The notes under the pieces are model-generated. The model was not told the DNA's origin. It saw only the letters and a program-made list of their open reading frames with translations, and searched no databases. From an uncultured delta proteobacterium (GTDB lineage: Bacteria > Desulfobacterota > RBG-13-43-22), in the NCBI GenBank assembly GCA_963790475.1, contig CAWBOS010000010.1:896001-960000 (forward strand): a stretch of 64,000 bases of DNA, in the 5' to 3' direction. Shown one piece after another: positions 58,799-64,000 of the stretch. Position 1 is the stretch's first letter. Every line of letters starts with the position of its first letter. Both the position numbers and the translations under genes were made by a program.

Positions 58799-60754
58799 TC
58801 ACAATTTCCTGGCCGCCCGAGCGGCATCCCAGATCGAGTCCTGCAGTTTGCGCGGGGAATGGCAATGACCGATGTCATAGAGCTCTTTGATCTCACCCTT
58901 TAATGACCGGTATAAGGCGTTGTCCGATTTCCCGATATGGGCGTAAACAACCGTATCCACTCCTTCGATGCGTCTTTCTTCACCCGAGAGCACATGGCCG
59001 GCGATTACTGTATTCTCCCTGATCTCCTTGACCCTCGTCAGGGGGGTTATGACCACACCTTTCCTGGCCATTCGGGTATAAACAATGGCCAGGGTAGTGG
59101 CATCCAATTCACCGCCGGCATAAAGGGTGCGGATCAAAACCTCCACCTTTTTACCCCTGTCGGCCAAGAATTCGGCTGTGCCCAGGGCCTCTTCGTGGTG
59201 TTCATCGGCGATTATGACTACCTTATCTCCGACTTCGGCTTTCTCACTAAGCACCTTGCGAACCGTGACCAGGTTGGCACTCTGGTCCGTCTTTATACTG
59301 GGCAAAATTTCCACGGATCCCGTAGCCACGATAACCGCGTCGGGATTTTTTTCTCGGACCATCGCGGGGGTGACTGTCGTCCCCAGAACCACTTCCACCC
59401 CAAGCAGTTTCATCTGGTTTGAATAGTATCGGATGGCTTCGGCAAAATCGATTCGGCCTGGGATTTTGGTGGCGATATTCAACTGCCCACCAAGGGTTTC
59501 TTCCTTATCATAAAGCGTAACCTGATGGCCTCTCAGAGCGGCCACCCTGGCCGCCTCCAGTCCGGCCCCGCCGCCGCCGATGACCATTACCCTTTTCATT
59601 TTGGTTGCCGGGACAATGCCCATTCGCCCCTCTCTTCCCGCCTCGGGGTTGAGCGAGCAGCTTATGGGCCAATTTTTCTGGTAATACCCTATACAGGCCT
59701 GGTTGCAACCGATACATTTTCGGATCTCATCCAGCCGGCCTTCCTTGGCTTTTAGAGGCCATTGCGGGTCGCAGATCAGTGCCCTGGCCATGCCTATAAA
59801 GTCGGCCTGGTTATTCTCCAGAATCTGTTCGGCCTGAATGGGGTCGTTTATCCGTCCGTGACAGATGACCGGGATGTTGACCACTTCCTTGACTCCGACT
59901 GCCAGGTGAACAAAGCATCCCAGGGGGAAATACATGGGAGGAACGTGCCCGGAAAGGCCGGCGCAGACGCTCAAGTAGTCGATGTTACCGGTCTCCTCCA
60001 GCTTGGAGGCAATGACCCTGGCATCATCCAGGGTTAGTCCCCGGTTAATCAGCTCATCGGCCACCAATCTCATACCAACTGCGAAATCAGGACCCACCGA
60101 GGCCCGGACGGCCTCAAGGATTTCCCGGTGTATCTTCATCCGATTCTCCAGGCTGCCACCGTACTCGTCCTGCCGTCGGTTGGAAAGAGGGGACAGGAAG
60201 GAGACCAGAAGCATCCCCGCACCGACCGTGGACGAGATTTCTACCCCGTCAAACCCGACACTCTGCAGCCTCTTGGCTGCGTCGGCATAAGCCGACACCA
60301 CCTGCTGGATATGGTCGATTTCCATCTCATAGGGCGTGGAGTATTCAGGGGCCATCAACCCTCCGGGAAACTGTATCGGTGACGGCGCAAATCCCGTACC
60401 CCCGGTCAAGCTCCCATCGATTCTCGGTCCGGCATGCAGAAGCTGCCCAAATAACTTTGTTCCCTGATCATGCAAGGCCGTGGCTAGTCCCTCATAGGCG
60501 GGAAGAGAGCGGTCGTTCTGTATGGCCATAAAACCTCCGGCCGTACTCATCGCTCCCACCGCGTTCTGGCCTAATATGATTAAACCCACGCCGCCCTTAG
60601 CCCTGGCCAGGAAATATTGCAAGGCCCTTTCATTCGGTCCTTGATTTATCGGCCAGTATAACGGGACATGAGCGGAAAAAACGACCCGGTTCGGGATGGT
60701 CACATTGTGAATTTTCATGGGGGTGAATAGATACTTGAATTCTTGCGTTGCCAT
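58799..60754 (-). CDS. NADH:flavin oxidoreductase (OYE TIM barrel + 4Fe-4S + FAD domain; BaiCD/2,4-dienoyl-CoA reductase-like)
   Basis: RAKGGVGLI, FLSPLSNRRQDEYGGSLENR, CIGCNQAC, IGGGGAGLEAA. Confidence 0.9.
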   Translation of the reverse strand: MATQEFKYLFTPMKIHNVTIPNRVVFSAHVPLYWPINQGPNERALQYFLARAKGGVGLIILGQNAVGAMSTAGGFMAIQNDRSLPAYEGLATALHDQGTKLFGQLLHAGPRIDGSLTGGTGFAPSPIQFPGGLMAPEYSTPYEMEIDHIQQVVSAYADAAKRLQSVGFDGVEISSTVGAGMLLVSFLSPLSNRRQDEYGGSLENRMKIHREILEAVRASVGPDFAVGMRLVADELINRGLTLDDARVIASKLEETGNIDYLSVCAGLSGHVPPMYFPLGCFVHLAVGVKEVVNIPVICHGRINDPIQAEQILENNQADFIGMARALICDPQWPLKAKEGRLDEIRKCIGCNQACIGYYQKNWPISCSLNPEAGREGRMGIVPATKMKRVMVIGGGGAGLEAARVAALRGHQVTLYDKEETLGGQLNIATKIPGRIDFAEAIRYYSNQMKLLGVEVVLGTTVTPAMVREKNPDAVIVATGSVEILPSIKTDQSANLVTVRKVLSEKAEVGDKVVIIADEHHEEALGTAEFLADRGKKVEVLIRTLYAGGELDATTLAIVYTRMARKGVVITPLTRVKEIRENTVIAGHVLSGEERRIEGVDTVVYAHIGKSDNALYRSLKGEIKELYDIGHCHSPRKLQDSIWDAARAARKL

Positions 60755-60853
60755 AGTATCCCTCCTCTTTCACCAAAAAATTGGTTGTTCTCCCTCCTCG
60801 GATTCGTTCACCAGTAAGCTACCTAAGGCAATCTTAATAAATTGAAACCGCCT

Positions 60854-61351
60854 TCACGGAATCGCTTGAACGGTCCCTGAATCGTCCTCGAAGGAAAATA
60901 ATTTTTCGATAATATAGAGGACGTATTTTTCACAGGTATCTTTTGCTCTGCCTGATTCCCGGAATTTTTGGTACGCCCCGGGAACATTAAAATCCAGACC
61001 CAAAAGGCCCCGGCAGGTGATATCGCCGAATTGCCGGGTAAAATCATCAATCAAATTCCCGGCCTGAAGGCGGATATTATTTCTGGCCTCCTTGGCCTTT
61101 TCTTTGTCCGCCAGGGAACAACGATGCCGCAGTCCCAAACAGACGGCCGATGCGGAAACAGCACCGCAGGGGGCTTGTTGACGTCCGCTGATCCCCCCAT
61201 TGAAGGGAATGGCGGCCCAAAGAAGATCTTCATTGCCCAGATCGTAGCTTTCCCACATAACTTGCAGGACCGCCGGCCCTCAGTGATATCCTTTGTGCAA
61301 AAATTCCATGGTCTTCGTTTTTGCTTCTTCGAGCGAAATTTTAGTTGGCAT
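60854..61351 (-). CDS. C-GCAxxG-C-C family redox protein with putative Sec at codon 24
   Basis: ATG 61351 (AAGGA RBS): MPTKISLEEAKTKTMEFLHKGYH-U-GPAVLQV is in frame with MWES...PCGAVS...ITCRGLL...TCEKYV. Hairpin UCCUGCA-AGUUA-UGUGGGA follows the UGA. Confidence 0.82.
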
Positions 61352-61438
61352 ATTGAGCTTCCTTTCTATTAGATCTCTAACTGGTTGTTGAAACCGGGCA
61401 TCACGCCACTTGATGAATTTCTACGATTTCATAAAATT

Positions 61439-62245
61439 TTATTGATCGGCCAATTTGATCTTTTCCCTTAATTCCTCCACAGTCTTATTGAACCTCGGTT
61501 CAAAAAAAAGAAACTGATTGATGGGATATTTGGTGCTCTTCTCATGAGTTTCTTGTAATCCGATTAAGAAATTATCCAGTTTGCCGGCCGGCATGGTAAA
61601 AACCATTTCATCATCGCCGGCCATTCCCAATTGTCTGGCCCCCCGGCCCGGTATGACGTATCCGGCCTTGTCTTCAATCATCGGGGCGATCATTTCCCGG
61701 ACACAGGAGGCCCCGATGCTCGCCCAGGATTCTATAACTCCTCCTTCCGTGTAGATCATGGATTGAATCATCCTGGCCGTTTGAGCCGGATTGCCGTAAA
61801 TTAAAATAACATCAGGGTCCTGAATGATATCAGAATCCAAAGGAGATACCATCAAACCACGGGAAGAGAATTTTCTTTCGTCCATCAGAGATGAGGCCTT
61901 CTCTAAATTTTTTTTGGCGGCTTCACGATCCTTGATATACCCGGCATTAATCCTGAAATTGATCAGTTCTTCTTCTTTATTAAGATTTTTATTCAAGTCT
62001 CCCCAGCCAAAACTCATAAGAGCGGCAACACAATTAATGTCTTCGGGGGTAACAGCAAATGACCAGCCCCATTTCCGGGCGATGGTATTTATCTGGCAGA
62101 AGGCCATTTTCATCCCAAAAACAGCCGGGCGCCGCAAGGTGCTGGGGAGGTCGTTGACGTTATCAACAAATTTTATAGCTAAGGGATGTGTATGAACTCG
62201 CAAATATTTTTCAATGGTCTCGGCGGCCTTTTTAAAATCGGTCAT
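61439..62245 (-). CDS. DUF169 family protein
   Basis: FCQ, DINC, DPDVILIYGNPAQ, ASC, DDEMVF. Confidence 0.85.
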   Translation of the reverse strand: MTDFKKAAETIEKYLRVHTHPLAIKFVDNVNDLPSTLRRPAVFGMKMAFCQINTIARKWGWSFAVTPEDINCVAALMSFGWGDLNKNLNKEEELINFRINAGYIKDREAAKKNLEKASSLMDERKFSSRGLMVSPLDSDIIQDPDVILIYGNPAQTARMIQSMIYTEGGVIESWASIGASCVREMIAPMIEDKAGYVIPGRGARQLGMAGDDEMVFTMPAGKLDNFLIGLQETHEKSTKYPINQFLFFEPRFNKTVEELREKIKLADQ

Positions 62246-62310
62246 GGTTACCTCTCCTTCTTTTGAAATGATTGGCTTCTTATCTTCCCATGATGATTGG
62301 TATTATCGTC

Positions 62311-63480
62311 TTAAAGAAGCGATATTTCTCCGTTTTGAATGATATACCTTTGTTTTAATGCTTCGGGGTTCTCGCTGACACCTTTAAAGATATTCCTGGT
62401 AAGTTGGTTCTTGACCTCTTCAATCCGATGAGGCGGCTTTTCACCGACGGCGATCTGGGCCAATTCGGTAATATTGTAGATCTCCAGGCCGTGCTCGGCA
62501 GCCTTTTCCGATAAGGCGAAACATCCGGTACAACTGACAACGATGGTATCCGCCCCGGTTTCTTTGGCTTCCAGTACTCGTTTTTCGGCTATTTGTGAGG
62601 CCAATTGAGGGTTCCGACCGGATAGGGGGGAACCACAGCAGAGAGACTCTCTTCGATTGTGTTTCATTTCCACCAATTCTGTCCCCAGGAGTTTAAGGAG
62701 CCGACGCGGATTTTCATGAATTTCGGGTTTCATTTTTCGCCAGGCGCAGGAGTCATGAAAGGTGACCCGCCGATTAATAGGTTGGGGGAAGGTTATCTTT
62801 CCCGTTTGATGTTGTTCCAAAAGATAATCGACAATGTTTATATTTTTAATGGTGAATTCGGGAAGGAGCCGCGGATAGACCTCACCGATCATACGGTCAC
62901 ATCCCGGACAAAAAGTGACCATTTTTTCAACCCCTATTTTTTTTAGTTCTTCAAGGAGCTGTCGGCCTTTGAGGACGGCCTCTTCCTGTCCGAATAGATT
63001 ATTGACATATCCGCCACAGCAATATTTCATCCCCCCGATGATGGGCAGTTCTTTCAGTAACTTTGTTTTAGCCAGATCGTTATAGATATACGACAGACTG
63101 CATCCCAGGTAAAAAACCGTGTTTCCCGGTGAAGGATGGGGTTTGGTCTGGAGACTTTTTAATTTTTCCTCCTTTTCAAACTCAAGGCCGATCGACATAA
63201 GATTAAACGGGACTTCCTCGGTGATCAAGGATAAACAGGACACCCCTTTAGTTCGGGTTTTCTTTAATAAGATTTCTTTTCTAAGCTCTGAAGGGTTGGA
63301 TTGGGTCGGACAAATAATGTCGCAATAGGAGCACCCGGCGCAATTCCTGGCGACCACCTTTGACTCCATTGTTTCGATCATTTGAGAAATTTCCGCTGCC
63401 GCTTCATCCTGGGGCATTTCCAGAAAAGGACACCTCGTGAGGCATAATCCGCATCGTTGGCAATTTTCTTTGTTGAACAT
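62311..63480 (-). CDS. HdrD/GlpC-like Fe-S protein (ferredoxin + CCG domains)
   Basis: CQRCGLCLTRCP, CAGCSYCDIICP, YCCGG, FCPGC, FHDSC, LCCG, SCTGC. Confidence 0.88.
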   Translation of the reverse strand: MFNKENCQRCGLCLTRCPFLEMPQDEAAAEISQMIETMESKVVARNCAGCSYCDIICPTQSNPSELRKEILLKKTRTKGVSCLSLITEEVPFNLMSIGLEFEKEEKLKSLQTKPHPSPGNTVFYLGCSLSYIYNDLAKTKLLKELPIIGGMKYCCGGYVNNLFGQEEAVLKGRQLLEELKKIGVEKMVTFCPGCDRMIGEVYPRLLPEFTIKNINIVDYLLEQHQTGKITFPQPINRRVTFHDSCAWRKMKPEIHENPRRLLKLLGTELVEMKHNRRESLCCGSPLSGRNPQLASQIAEKRVLEAKETGADTIVVSCTGCFALSEKAAEHGLEIYNITELAQIAVGEKPPHRIEEVKNQLTRNIFKGVSENPEALKQRYIIQNGEISLL

Positions 63481-63617
63481 AATCTCCTCTATCCGTTTGT
63501 GTTTTTATTATACTTTGTTTGTTATCACTTGACGAACAAAAAGAAAAGTGGCATAAACGGCATTAAACGTCTCGTTTGCGTCATATTAGCTAAGAAATAC
63601 CCCCAAGAGAGATTATT

Positions 63618-64000
63618 ATGAAAAAAATTACCATATTGGCCCTCCATAACTGTTTTGCCTCAACAGTGATGAGTCCGATGGACGTATTTTTCATGGCCGG
63701 GCAACTTTGGAATTTCATATGTGGTCTTCCCCCGACCCCCTTCTTTGAAATCGAGATCGTCTCATTTGATGGAAAGCCGGTAAAGTGTCTTAATAATGTT
63801 TTTATACAACCACACCGGGCAATAGAGTATGTAGAAAAAACCGATTTAATCCTTATTCCAAGCATTGCCAACATTGAAAAGACCATTAAATACGGCGCCC
63901 AAGGGCTTCGTTGGCTTCAGCACCAATATCACCAAGGAGCAAGTATCGCCAGTGTTTGCACTGGTTCTTTCTACCTGGCCGAAACCGGTTTGTTGAATGA
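63618..64000 (+). CDS. GlxA-family (DJ-1/PfpI + AraC) transcriptional regulator, partial at window end (not in ORF track)
   Basis: MKKITILALHNCFASTVMSPMDVF...DLILIP...WLQHQYHQGASIASVCTGSFYLAETGLLN. Confidence 0.85.
   Translation, partial: MKKITILALHNCFASTVMSPMDVFFMAGQLWNFICGLPPTPFFEIEIVSFDGKPVKCLNNVFIQPHRAIEYVEKTDLILIPSIANIEKTIKYGAQGLRWLQHQYHQGASIASVCTGSFYLAETGLLN

Noticed and set aside
55123-61351. Genome-wide UGA reassignment (Trp/Gly) as the explanation for the in-frame UGAs
   Set aside because: Many ordinary genes here end in TGA (e.g. hisG, livM, livG, znuA), and the internal UGAs fall only at Cys-motif positions.

Overview
A 64-kb chromosomal window from an anaerobic bacterium; the gene content (AOR, CCG/HdrD-like Fe-S proteins, class II RNR, sigma54 regulation, selenoproteins) suggests Desulfobacterota. 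Most of it is housekeeping or metabolic: two glgC-type genes, thiolase, liv ABC transporter, hisIG, engB, nrdJ, tatD, trxC, znuABC-type transporter, tRNA-Gly/tRNA-Cys, coaBC, UDG, nfeD-SPFH and larA. Mobile and defence-type items are two group II introns inserted antisense in one ICMT-family gene (one is only a 3' end at the window start), an IS1634-family element splitting an enoyl-CoA hydratase, a 142-bp MITE, REP-like and 7/8-mer inverted repeats, MNT-HEPN and MazEF toxin-antitoxin pairs, and a stand-alone SIR2-domain gene. The strongest novel signal is in the minus-strand redox cluster at about 48-63.5 kb. There, ORFs that the six-frame track splits are continuous through in-frame UGA codons at conserved Cys positions, each followed by a SECIS-like hairpin. 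One is a MerB-like (organomercurial lyase fold) protein with two putative selenocysteines, lying between fixBCX and fixA. The others are a C-GCAxxG-C-C selenoprotein and a UCG-motif CCG remnant. Many genes carry single-base frameshifts or internal deletions, so some pseudogene calls may be sequencing or assembly errors. All functional calls come from motif recognition, not database searches.
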